From the NCBI GenBank assembly GCA_002269645.1, contig NIVC01001301.1, positions 1 through 64,000 on the forward strand: DNA of 64,000 nt, written 5' to 3'. A model generated the notes under the pieces. The model did no database searches, was not told where the DNA came from, and was given only the letters and a program-made list of their open reading frames with translations. A program made the translations under genes and the position numbers. This document shows, piece by piece, positions 39,639-51,169 of this stretch. The stretch is from Macrostomum lignano (taxonomy: Eukaryota). Position 1 is the stretch's first letter, and every line of letters begins with the position of its first letter.

Positions 39639-40604
39639 CTACTCCATGTAAACAAGAAGCTGGTCAGCGTAGCCAACCGAACTCTGGAAAGTGCCGTTCC
39701 ATTTTGCGTAATAAAACACTGGAGATGGAAAGCCGCGGCGCACCCAACTGCACTTGTCCAACGGGGACTCCGCGACACCCAAGAGGCCGTAGTCATTCAC
39801 GCACAAGCCGTGCGGACCATGAATGTAGAAACTTCTAGTACGACTTGTTGTCTTAAGGCCTTCGATTCCAAAATTTGAAATATTCATATCACGCATCTCG
39901 AACGGATAAGTTGACAGCAGCCATTCTGACGCAAACCAGTTGCTTATGGTGATCAAATTGTCTGGCACTCGAAACTCCGCCGCAGCCACACGCCTGCCGT
40001 CGGATCGCATTTCGACCACAAATTTACTAATTTGAAACTTTTGCACGTACGAATTGATTCTGTCTAGCATGGGGGATCTGAATTCCCCTGGCAGGTCTTT
40101 GTAGCTCAGATCCCAGTGGCCCGTGCTTCGGCCGCGGAGATACAGTTCGCCTGGCAACTGGGTGCTGGCGCTCTTCCTGACCGACAGCAGCACGAATCTC
40201 GGCTGGTCTGGAAAGGCAACGACTGGCACTGACTGGCACTGACTGGCACTGACTGGCACTGACTGGCACTGACTGGCACTGACTGGCACTGACTGGCACT
40301 GACTGGCACTGACTGGCACTGACTGGCACTGACTGGCACTGACTGGCACTGACTGGCACTGACTGGCACTGACTGGCACTAACTGACACTGCCACTAACT
40401 GACACTGTCACTAACTGACACTGCCACTAACTGACACTGCCACTAACTGACACTGCCACTAACTGACACTGCCACTAACTGACACTGCCACTAACTGACA
40501 CTGTCACTAACTGACACTGCCACTAACTCACCTGGCCAAAATTGTCCAAAATTCGCCATTACACCATAGGTGCAGCTCAACAAAAGTACAATCAATAGAC
40601 TCAT
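39639..40604 (-). CDS. Secreted protein of unnamed domain family (paralog A), 2 exons, ~213 aa
   Basis: Exon 40604-40532 (MSLLIVLLLSCTYGVMANFGQFWP, signal peptide, G|gtgagt) and exon 40207-39639 (tttccag|AC, phase 1), reading DQPRFVLLSVRK..NWFASEWLLST..FGIEG..RSFYIH..C..DYGLLGV..C.W..FYYAK..ADQLLVYME*. Confidence 0.85.
40221..40530. repeat. Intron of paralog A filled by 10-bp (GACTGGCACT x16) and 16-bp (CTAACTGACACTGCCA x ~9) repeats
   Basis: Direct reading; on the minus strand the 16-bp unit GTGTCAGTTAGTGGCA resembles the donor GTGAGTTAGTGGCA. Confidence 0.92.
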
Positions 40605-40999
40605 TTTTCTGTTCTCGATACAATCAAAGATTATTAATCCTGTTAATATCTTGTCATTACTTGCCTCACCCTTTCATATTTTTATAGCCATAAAACTCTA
40701 TGACCCAAATCCAGCAGTAGATTTAAATTCAAAGATAAAGGGCTACAAAAGTTTTTTAAGCGATATTATTCTTCAACAGACATTCGTTTTTACAAAACGT
40801 AAAAAATTACCCAAGCTCAATTTTACCAATCAAAAATGCGATCCATACATTTTTTACATTTTTCGATATGTTGTTTAAATAGAAACAATTTTCAACTATT
40901 TCTATTGAAAATTTCACTTCAACCCAGAGCAGAAATACCAAATAGCAAAACAGTTCTAACTTTGAACTCAGTTTTACAAATTTGCTCAACCAGAGAAGC
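40605..40999. promoter_or_regulatory. Probable bidirectional promoter between the two secreted-protein paralogs
   Basis: 395-bp AT-rich, repeat-free interval between divergent ATGs at 40604 (-) and 41000 (+). Function inferred from geometry only. Confidence 0.55.
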
Positions 41000-43900
41000 A
41001 TGACGAGCGCTTGGCTGCTGCTGTTTTTTCTGTTCTCAGCTTGCTTTGCATTCAACGAGTTTGGGTCGGAAAGTGAGCCTTGTTGGAATTCCTTTTATTT
41101 ATTTATTTGCCTTTGCTCACCTTTCAGGAGAGCTGAATGCAGATGGCTGGAGAGGTGATTAGAGATGACAGGAGAGGTGATTAGAGATGGCAGGAGAGGT
41201 GATTAGAGATGGCAGGAGATGTGAATAAAGATGGCTGGAGAGGTGAATAGAGATGGCAGGTGAGGTGATTAGAGATGGCAGGAGAGGTGATTAGAGATGG
41301 CAGGAGAGGTGATTAGAGATGGCTGGAGAGGTGAATAGAGATGGCTGGAGAGGTGATTAGAGATGGCTGGAGAGGTGATTAGAGATGGCAGGTGAGGTGA
41401 TTAGAGATGGCTGGAGAGGTGATTAGAGATGGCTGGAGAGGTGATTAGAGATGGCAGGAGAGGTGAATAGAGATGGCAGAAGAGGTGAATAGAGATGGCA
41501 GGAGAGGTGAATAGAGATGGCAGGAGAGGTGATTAGAGATGGCAGGAGAGGTGATTAGAGATGGCAGGAGAGGTGAATAGAGATGGCAGAAGAGGTGAAT
41601 AGAGATGGCAGGAGATGTGAATAGAGATGGCAGGAGAGGTGATTAGAGATGGCAGGAGAGGTGATTAGAGATGGCAGGAGATGTGAATAGAGATGGCAGG
41701 AGAGGTGATTAGAGATGGCAGGAGAGGTGATTAGAGATGGCAGGAGAGGTGAATAGAGATGGCAGAAGAGGTGAATAGAGATGGCAGGAGATGTGAAAAG
41801 AGATGGCAGGAGAGGTGATTAGAGATGGCAGGAGAGGTGATTAGAGATGGCTGGAGAGGTGATTAGAGATGACAGGAGAGGTGATTAGAGATGGCAGGAG
41901 ATGTGATTAGAGATGACAGGAGAGGTGATTAGAGATGGCAGGAGATGTGAATAAAGATGGCTGGAGAGGTGATTGGAGATGTCAGAAGGGGTGATTGGAG
42001 ATGTCAGGAGGGGTGATTAGAGATGGCAGGAGAGGTGATTAGAGATGGCAGGAGAGGTGATTAGAGATGGCTGGAGAGGTGAATAGAGATGGCTGGAGAG
42101 GTGATTAGAGATGGCTGGAGAGGTGATTAGAGATGGCAGGAGAGGTGAATAGAGATGGCAGAAGAGGTGAATAGAGATGGCAGGAGATGTGAATAGAGAT
42201 GGCAGGAGATGTGAATAGAGATGGCAGGAGAGGTGATTAGAGATGGCAGGAGAGGTGATTAGAGATGGCTGGAGAGGTGATTAGAGATGGCAGGAGAGGT
42301 GATTAGAGATGGCTGGAGAGGTGATTAGAGATGGCAGGAGAGGTGAATAGAAATGGCAGGAGAGGTGATTAGAGATGGCAGGAGAGGTGATTAGAGATGG
42401 CTGGAGAGGTGAATAGAGATGACAGTTGAGGTGGTTAGAGATGGCAGGAGAGGTGATTAGAGATGGCAGGAGAGGTGAATAGAGATGACAGGTGAGGTGA
42501 TTAGAGATGGCAGGTGAGGTGATTAGAGATGACAGGTGAGGGGATTAGAGATGGCAGGAGAGGTGATTAGAGATGGCTGGAGAGGTGATTAGAGATGGCA
42601 GGAGAGGTGATTAGAGATGGCAGGAGAAGTGAATAGAGATGCAGGAGAGGTGATTAGAGATGGCAGGAGAGGTGATTAGAGATGGCAGGAGAGGTGATTA
42701 GAGATGGCAGGAGAGGTGATTAGAGATGGCTGGAGAGGTGATTAGAGATGGCTGGAGAGGTGATTAGAGATGGCAGGAGAGGTGAATAGAGATGGCAGGA
42801 GAGGTGATTAGAGATGGCAGGAGAGGTGAATAAGAGATGGCTGGAGAGGTGATTAGAGATGGCAGGAGAGGTGATTAGAGATGGCAGGAGAGGTGAATAA
42901 GAGATGGCTGGAGAGGTGATTAGAGATGGCTGGAGAGGTGATTAGAGATGGCAGGAGAGGTGAATAGAGATGACAGGTGAGGTGATTAGAGATGGCAGGA
43001 GAGGTGAATAAGAGATGGCAGGAGAGGTGATTAGAGATGGCAGGAGAAGTGAATAGAGATGCAGGAGAGGTGATTAGAGATGGCAGGAGAGGTGATTAGA
43101 GATGGCAGGAGAGGTGATTAGAAATGGCAGGAGAGGTGATTAGAGATGGCTGGAGAGGTGATTAGAGATGGCAGGAGAGGTGATTAGAGATGGCAGGAGA
43201 GGTGAATAGAGATGACAGGTGAGGTGATTAGAGATGGCAGGAGAGGTGAATAAGAGATGGCTGGAGAGGTGATTACAGATGGCAGGAGAGGTGATTAGAG
43301 ATGGCAGGAGAGGTGAATAAGAGATGGCTGGAGAGGTGATTAGAGATGGCAGGAGAGGTGATTAGAGATGGCAGGGGAGGTGATTAGAGATGACAGGTGA
43401 GGTGATTAGAGATGGCAGGAGAGGTGAATAAGAGATGGCTGGAGAGGTGATTAGAGATCCGAACCAAATGCTTTTCAGAGGTGCTGTTCTCGATTCGAGC
43501 AGGCTCGGGCCACTCAGCCGTGAATGAGTTTCTCACTGGCAAGCAAACCTATCACGGATTCAGAAACGTGAACCCCAATTATTACCTGGTGTATCGATCG
43601 TCAATCTTAGACGACAGATTCTTCAAAACCTATCTAAAAGAATTTGACGCGCAGCGAATCGTGGTGCAAATGCTGCTCAGGCAGACGGTGATGGCGTCCG
43701 CAAGCTTCGATGTGACAGACAGAGTCAAACTCAACACTTCCAATTGGTTCTCGAGTGAGCGGCTGATTGATTCGACTCCATTCACAATTGACAAACGAGG
43801 CCCATTTGTCGACTTTAGCATCGAAGGTTACCGAAACAGAACGGCAGGACTGCATCGCAGTTTCTACATACACAACAGGCACCAGGGCTGCAGCAGTGAC

Positions 43901-44056
43901 AGCGGCCTGATGGGGGTCATTGAGAGAGATGACAAGCCGTGCACTTGGGCCAAGCGAGCCAAAGGAGATTTTCCCATTCTGTACTACGCCAAGGAGAACA
44001 AGGTCTACGACGAGTCTGTGGAGTTTGCCGACCAGATGAGAATTATACTTAAATAG
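41000..44056 (+). CDS. Secreted protein of unnamed domain family (paralog B), 3 exons, ~225 aa
   Basis: Exon 41000-41072 (MTSAWLLLFFLFSACFAFNEFGSE, signal peptide, A|gtgagc), microexon 41128-41154 (RELNADGWR, G|gtgatt) and exon 43479-44056 (cttttcag|AG), reading EVLFSIRAGSG..NWFSSERLIDST..FSIEG..RSFYIH..GC..DSGLMGV..C.W..LYYAK..FADQMRIILK*. All phases agree. Confidence 0.87.
41155..43458. repeat. 22-bp minisatellite (AGAGATGGCAGGAGAGGTGATT) x ~104, filling intron 2 of paralog B
   Basis: Period 22 (AGAGATG at 41161, 41183); the unit is a copy of the microexon end plus donor. Confidence 0.96.
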
Positions 44057-44514
44057 ATTGTTAAATGACGATTGAAAATTTCGCTTATGATGGCGACAAT
44101 GAAAAAAACCTGCTGAAATGTTGAATAAATTATTTAAGGCAAATACGCGTTGCTTTAAATTATTTATAAAAGTTTTGAGGTTTTGAGGCAACTGTCTTAT
44201 AGGTAAACCAAGGACCACTGAAGTCACTTCGTTAAACAGGACGTAACATTCCGGAATCGTGGACAATTTTTTGAAGGCTAAATTTCACGATACTATGCTT
44301 ATAGCGATTCTGTCATATGATAGCAACGAAATTTATATAATTGAATAATCGAGGGTAATTTGACAGGAAAACATTAGTTTTTAATATAAAAATTAATTTT
44401 CTGGTGTTTATAACTACTTATTGAGCTGGAATGAGTTTCTTGAGTGCAAACTGAGGAATACTATACGTTTGGTGTTTCATGATTTTGTGGCAGAATGACA
44501 TGAAGTGAATGCCT

Positions 44515-45255
44515 TAAGTAGTCCTTGAGGTAAACTACCTGAAGGAAAGGTACTGAAGGAAAAGGTCTTATAGGTAAACTACCCGAGGGAAAGGTCCTGA
44601 AGGAAAAGGTCTTATAGGTAAACTACCCGAGGGAAAGGTCCTGAAGGAAAAGGTCTTATAGGTAAACTACCCGAGGGAAAGGTCCTGAGGGAAAGGTCTT
44701 ATAGGTAAACTACCTGAGAAAAAGGTCCTGAAAGGAAAGGTCCTATAGGTAAACTACCTGAGAAAAAGGTCCTGAAAGGAAAGGTCTTATAGGTAAACTA
44801 CCTGAGAAAAAGGTCCTGAAGGGAAAGGTCTTATAGGTAAACTACCTGAGAAAAAGGTCCTGAAGGGAAAGGTCTTATAGGTAAACTACCTGAGAAAAAG
44901 GTCCTGAAAGGAAAGGTCCTATAGGTAAACTACCTGAGAAAAAGGTCCTGAAAGGAAAAGGTCTTATAGGTAAACTACCCGAGGGAAAGGTCCTGAAGGA
45001 AAAGGTCTTATAGGTAAACTACCCGAAGGAAAGGTCCTGAGGGAAAGGTCTTATAGGTAAACTACCCGAGGGAAAGGTCCTGAGGGAAAGGTCTTATAGG
45101 TAAACTACCCGAGGGAAAGGTCCTGAGGGAAAGGTCTTATAGGTAAACTACCCGACGGAAAGGTCCTGAAGGAAAAGGTCTTATAGGTAAACTACCCGAA
45201 GGAAAGGTCCTGAGGGAAAGGTCTTATAAGTAAACTACCCGAGGGAAAGGTCTAT
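44515..45255. repeat. ~43-44-bp minisatellite (AGGTAAACTACCCGAGGGAAAGGTCCTGAAGGAAAAGGTCTTAT) x ~17
   Basis: Direct reading; the unit has internal GAAAGGTC sub-repeats. Confidence 0.92.
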
Positions 45256-45597
45256 AGGTGGAACACTACAAGCGATTTTTAAGGAAAGCCAAGTATATAG
45301 CGTCAATCTACATTTGCATTTAAGTTGTCCTTGGAAGAAGATAGCCTTCCTTATAAGAAAGATACTAATGTGGGGCTGTTTCAGTAAATACATTTCTCAT
45401 CAAGCACGCTCGTACTGAACTGAACTGAACTTGACAAAAGCCTGAAAAATCAAAGTTTTCGTATCTTTCTCGCGATGCTTTTCTTCCTTTTGTCCATTCA
45501 TACTACTAATTAAGTAGCTTAGGAAGTAAAATACACGCTTTTGTGTCAATTTGTAATCCTGCTCGGAATACTCATTCTCACGGTCATTTTACGCGGC

Positions 45598-48500
45598 GAG
45601 TCAGTTTGGAGAGATTCTCAGAGTCAGTCTGGGGAGATTCTCAGAGTCAGCTTGGAGAGATTCTGGCAGTCTGGGGAGATTCTCAGAGTCAGTTTGGGGA
45701 GATTCTCAGAGTCAGTCTGGGGAGATTCTCAGAGTCAGTCTGGAGAGATTCTCAGAGTCAGTCTGGGGAGATTCTCAGAGTCAGTCTGGAGAGATTCTCA
45801 GAGTCAGTCTGTGGAGATTCTCAGAGTCAGTTTGGGGAGATTCTCAGAGTCAGTCTGGGGAGATTCTCAGAGTCAGTCTGGGGAGATTCTCAGAGTCAGT
45901 TTGGAGAGATTCTCAGAGTCAGTCTGGGGAGATTCTCAGAGTCAGTCTGGAGAGATTCTCAGAGTCAGTCTGGGGAGATTCTCAGAGTCAGCTTGGAGAG
46001 ATTCTGGCAGTCTGGGGAGATTCTCAGAGTCAGTTTGGAGAGATTCTCAGAGTCAGTTTGGAGAGATTCTCAGAGTCAGTTTGGAGAGATTCTTAGAGTC
46101 AGTTTGGGGAGATTCTTAGAGTCAGTCTGGGGAGATTCTCAGAGTCAGTCTGGAGAAATTCTCAGAGTCAGTCTGGAGAGATTCTCAGAGTCAGTCTGGG
46201 GAGATTCTCAGAGTCAGTCTGGAGAGATTCTCAGAGTCAGTCTGGAGAGATTCTCAGAGTCAGTCTGGAGAGATTCTCAGAGTCAGTCTGGAGAGATTCT
46301 CAGAGTCAGTCTAGGGAGATTCTCAGAGTCAGCTTGGGGAGATTCTGGCAGTCTGGGGAGATTCTCAGAGTCAGTCTGGAGAGATTCTCAGAGTCAGTCT
46401 GGGGAGATTCTCAGAGTCAGCTTGGAGAGATTCTGGCAGTCTGGGGAGATTCTCAGAGTCAGTTTGGAGAGATTCTCAGAGTCAGTTTGGAGAGATTCTC
46501 AGAGTCAGTTTGGAGAGATTCTTAGAGTCAGTTTGGGGAGATTCTTAGAGTCAGTCTGGGGAGATTCTCAGAGTCAGTCTGGAGAAATTCTCAGAGTCAG
46601 TCTGGAGAGATTCTCAGAGTCAGTCTGGGGAGATTCTCAGAGTCAGTCTGGAGAGATTCTGGCAGTCTGGGGAGATTCTCAGAGTCAGTTTGGAGAGATT
46701 CTCAGAGTCAGTTTGGAGAGATTCTCAGAGTCAGTTTGGAGAGATTCTTAGAGTCAGTTTGGGGAGATTCTTAGAGTCAGTCTGGGGAGATTCTCAGAGT
46801 CAGTCTGGAGAAATTCTCAGAGTCAGTCTGGAGAGATTCTCAGAGTCAGTCTGGGGAGATTCTCAGAGTCAGTCTGGAGAGATTCTCAGAGTCAGTCTGG
46901 GGAGATTCTCAGAGTCAGCTTGGAGAGATTCTGGCAGTCTGGGGAGATTCTCAGAGTCAGTTTGGGGAGATTCTCAGAGTCAGTCTGGGGAGATTCTCAG
47001 AGTCAGTCTGGAGAGATTCTCAGAGTCAGTCTGGGGAGATTCTCAGAGTCAGTCTGGAGAGATTCTCAGAGTCAGTCTGTGGAGATTCTCAGAGTCAGTT
47101 TGGGGAGATTCTCAGAGTCAGTCTGGGGAGATTCTCAGAGTCAGTCTGGGGAGATTCTCAGAGTCAGTTTGGAGAGATTCTCAGAGTCAGTCTGGGGAGA
47201 TTCTCAGAGTCAGTCTGGAGAGATTCTCAGAGTCAGTCTGGGGAGATTCTCAGAGTCAGCTTGGAGAGATTCTGGCAGTCTGGGGAGATTCTCAGAGTCA
47301 GTTTGGAGAGATTCTCAGAGTCAGTTTGGAGAGATTCTCAGAGTCAGTTTGGAGAGATTCTTAGAGTCAGTTTGGGGAGATTCTTAGAGTCAGTCTGGGG
47401 AGATTCTCAGAGTCAGTCTGGAGAAATTCTCAGAGTCAGTCTGGAGAGATTCTCAGAGTCAGTCTGGGGAGATTCTCAGAGTCAGTCTGGAGAGATTCTC
47501 AGAGTCAGTCTGGAGAGATTCTCAGAGTCAGTCTGGAGAGATTCTCAGAGTCAGTCTGGAGAGATTCTCAGAGTCAGTCTAGGGAGATTCTCAGAGTCAG
47601 CTTGGGGAGATTCTGGCAGTCTGGGGAGATTCTCAGAGTCAGTCTGGAGAGATTCTCAGAGTCAGTCTGGGGAGATTCTCAGAGTCAGCTTGGAGAGATT
47701 CTGGCAGTCTGGGGAGATTCTCAGAGTCAGTTTGGAGAGATTCTCAGAGTCAGTTTGGAGAGATTCTCAGAGTCAGTTTGGAGAGATTCTTAGAGTCAGT
47801 TTGGGGAGATTCTTAGAGTCAGTCTGGGGAGATTCTCAGAGTCAGTCTGGAGAAATTCTCAGAGTCAGTCTGGAGAGATTCTCAGAGTCAGTCTGGGGAG
47901 ATTCTCAGAGTCAGTCTGGAGAGATTCTCAGAGTCAGTCTGGAGAGATTCTCAGAGTCAGTCTGGAGAGATTCTCAGAGTCAGTCTGGAGAGATTCTCAG
48001 AGTCAGTCTAGGGAGATTCTCAGAGTCAGCTTGGGGAGATTCTGGCAGTCTGGGGAGATTCTCAGAGTCAGTCTGGGGAGATTCTCACAGTCAGTTTGGA
48101 GAGATTCTCAGAGTCAGTCTGGAGAGATTCTCAGAGTCAATCTGGGGAGATTCTCAGAGTCAGTCTAGGGAGATTCTCAGAGTCAGTTTGGAGAGATTCT
48201 CAGAGTCAGCTTGGAGAGATTCTGGCAGTCTAGGGAGATTCTCAGAGTCAGTTTGGAGAAATTTTCAGAGTCAGTCTGGAGAGATTCTCAGAGTCAGTCT
48301 GGAGAGATTCTCAGAGTCAGTCTGGAGAGATTCTCAGAGTCAGTCTGGAGAGATTCTCAGAGTCAGTCTAGGGAGATTCTCAGAGTCAGCTTGGGGAGAT
48401 TCTGGCAGTCTGGGGAGATTCTCAGAGTCAGTCTGGGGAGATTCTCAGAGTCAGTCTGGAGAGATTCTCAGAGTCAATCTGGGGAGATTCTCAGAGTCAG

Positions 48501-49990
48501 TCTGGGGAGATTCTCAGAGTCAGCTTGGGGAGATTCTGGCAGTCTGGGGAGATTCTCAGAGTCAGTCTGGGGAGATTCTCACAGTCAGTTTGGAGAGATT
48601 CTCAGAGTCAGTCTGGGGAGATTCTCAGAGTCAGTCTGGAGAGATTCTCAGAGTCAGTCTGGAGAGATTCTCAGAGTCAGTCTGGGGAGATTCTCAGAGT
48701 CAGCTTGGAGAGATTCTGGCAGTCTGGGGAGATTCTCAGAGTCAGTCTGGGGAGATTCTCACAGTCAGTTTGGGGAGATTCTCAGAGTCAGTTTGGAGAG
48801 ATTCTCAGAGTCAGTCTGGAGAGATTCTCAGAGTCAGTTTGGAGAGATTCTCACAGTCAGTCTGGAGAGATTCTCAGAGTCAGTCTGGAGAGATTCTCAG
48901 AGTCAGTCTGGGGAGATTCTCAGAGTCAGCTTGGGGAGATTCTCAGAGTCAGTCTGGAGAGATTCTCAGAGTCAGTCTGGGGAGATTCTCAGAGTCAGTC
49001 TGGAGAGATTCTCAGAGTCAGTTTGGAGAGATTCTCAGAGTCAGTCTGGAGAGATTCTCAGAGTCAGTCTGGAGAGATTCTCACAGTCAGTCTGGAGAGA
49101 TTCTCAGAGTCAGTCTGTAGAGATTCTCAGAGTCAGTCTGGGGAGATTCTCAGAGTCAGCTTGGGGAGATTCTCAGAGTCAGTCTGGAGAGATTCTCAGA
49201 GTCAGTCTGGGGAGATTCTCAGAGTCAGTCTGGGGAGATTCTCAGAGTCAGCTTGGGGAGGTTCTCAGAGTCAGTCTGGAGAGATTCTCAGAGTCAGTCT
49301 GGAGAGATTCTCAGAGTCAGTCTGGAGAGATTCTCAGAGCCAGTCTGGAGAGATTCTCAGAGTCAGTCTGGGGAGATTCTCACAGTCAGTCTGGGGAGAT
49401 TCTCAGAGTCAGTCTGGAGAGATTCTCAGAGTCAGTCTGGGGAGATTCTCAGAGTCAGTCTGGGGAGATTCTCAGAGTCAGCTTGGGGAGGTTCTCAGAG
49501 TCAGTCTGGAGAGATTCTCAGAGTCAGTCTGGGGAGATTCTCACAGTCAGTTTGGGGAGATTCTCAGAGTCAGTCTGGAGAGATTCTCAGAGTCAGTCTG
49601 GAGAGATTCTCAGAGTCAGTTTGGAGAGATTCTCACAGTCAGTCTGGAGAGATTCTCAGAGTCAGTCTGGAGAGATTCTCAGAGTCAGTCTGGGGAGATT
49701 CTCAGAGTCAGTCTGGGGAGATTCTCAGAGTCAGTCTGGAGACATTCTCAGAGTCAGCTTGGGGAGGTTCTCAGAGTCAGTCTGGAGAGATTCTCAGAGT
49801 CAGTTTGGAGAGATTCTCAGAGTCAGTCTGGGGAGATTCTCAGAGTCAGCTTGGGGAGGTTCTCAGAGTCAGTCTGGAGAGATTCTTAGAGTCAGTCTGG
49901 GGAGATTCTCAGAGTCAGTCTGGGGAGATTCTCAGAGTCAGTCTGGGGAGATTCTCAGAGTCAGTTTGGAGAGATTCTGGCAGTCTGGGG
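45598..49990. repeat. 23-bp minisatellite (GGAGAGATTCTCAGAGTCAGTCT), ~4.4 kb, with higher-order duplication
   Basis: Period 23; identical ORFs at 46334 and 47602 give a 1268-bp offset. The long SESVWGD ORFs are artefacts. Confidence 0.96.
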
Positions 49991-50412
49991 ACGGATTCGC
50001 CAAGCCCTCCATCCCTTGCAAACGGATCAGAAACTTCCATGGCCTCAAGTTTCCCAGCTCCTTCCTGTATTTCAACACCAAAATCGATATCCTGTACAGA
50101 GGAGCATTCTACCGACTCATCGATTCTCTCGCTGCATTGTGTAGACTTTTCTGCTCTCTTTTTGTCCCTCTTCAAACCCCGTGCAGGACCTACTGATTAC
50201 GGAGAAGCAACTTTCCTACTTGTTAAAGCCCTCATTTTTGGTTTAGCCATGGAGTTCTAAGGGGGCTTGTCGTAGTTGCTACGCGCTGAATCAGGCGTTC
50301 GTGGCAACGGGTACCTGGGACGGCTGTGAGTCTCAGAAACTGAGCGGGTTAAGAGCCCTGGTATCCAAGCTGTCGGCCTTCCTAAGAAGCCACCCCAAGC
50401 AGCTCTTCCCAG

Positions 50413-50451
50413 GTTTCCCATGGCAACGGGCCACTTAGCTTGGCCTATAAA
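50413..50451 (+). promoter_or_regulatory. RFX X-box-like motif (GTTTCCCATGGCAAC) and TATA box upstream of the Ly6-like gene
   Basis: GTTTCC-CAT-GGCAAC at 50413-50427 fits GTNRCC-N(0-3)-RGYAAC loosely; TATAAA at 50446-50451; ATG at 50548; another GGCAAC half-site at 50303-50308. Confidence 0.5.
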
Positions 50452-50547
50452 GCCATCCCCGCATCGGTGTTTCTGGGATTTTTTGCAGCTCAATCGCAAC
50501 TTTTTGGTCGGCCCGAATTACAGAATTAGCTTTAGCAGAAAGCAAAA

Positions 50548-51169
50548 ATGCTTAACAAAACGAACTCTATTTGTCTGGCTTTTCTTATTGTGGTCACCTT
50601 GTTTGGTAAGTTGGTGATTTGGGAACTCCCACGCCTATTCCGCTGACCCCCTAAAAACATAGTGTACAGGCGGCACATTACTTTCTCATTATCGTCAGGA
50701 AGTGTACGCACCCATTTTCAAACTGGTACGTGGTCAGTGGTTATGTAACCAATACTTCTCAATCCTCAGGTGCGGGCCACGCAATCACCTGCCTGACGTA
50801 TCAGTACTCCGGCATCACGGGAGGAACTCCGACAGCGACGGAGTGCGGCAGCGCCGTTACCACCTGCTACAAGTACCAAACTACAACAACTACGCCTGCC
50901 TCGAGTTCGATGTTCAAGAACAGCCTGACTCTCACTGTAAGTTAAGCAGAGTCCGCGTTAGACTTTTTGCGGCCAGCACAGCCTGATTCTCGCCCCCCTG
51001 ACAATGGCAGAGTTACAGTGGCAGCTGCGGTGGCTGCAACTCTGCCTGGACCAACTGCAACACCTGCAACACCGACCAGTGTAACTCCGCCTTTGCCGCT
51101 GTGCGCTCCGTTGCGCCTCTGAGCCTGGCTCTGCCTCTCGTCATTGCCGCCACTCTCCGCTGCTTCTAA
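50548..51169 (+). CDS. Ly6/uPAR (three-finger, LU-domain)-like GPI-anchored protein, 3 exons, 127 aa
   Basis: Exons 50548-50605, 50770-50936 and 51011-51169 in phase: signal peptide MLNKTNSICLAFLIVVTLFGG; ITC..TEC..TTCYKY..GSCGGC..NCNTCNTDQCN (8 Cys, terminal C.TD.CN); hydrophobic GPI-type tail VAPLSLALPLVIAATLRCF*. Confidence 0.88.

Noticed and set aside
45541-50260. 400-660-aa SESVWGDSQ-repeat proteins
   Set aside because: A 23-bp unit is not a multiple of 3 and all three frames give the same peptide cycle; no frame preference. Only the unique flanks remain candidates.
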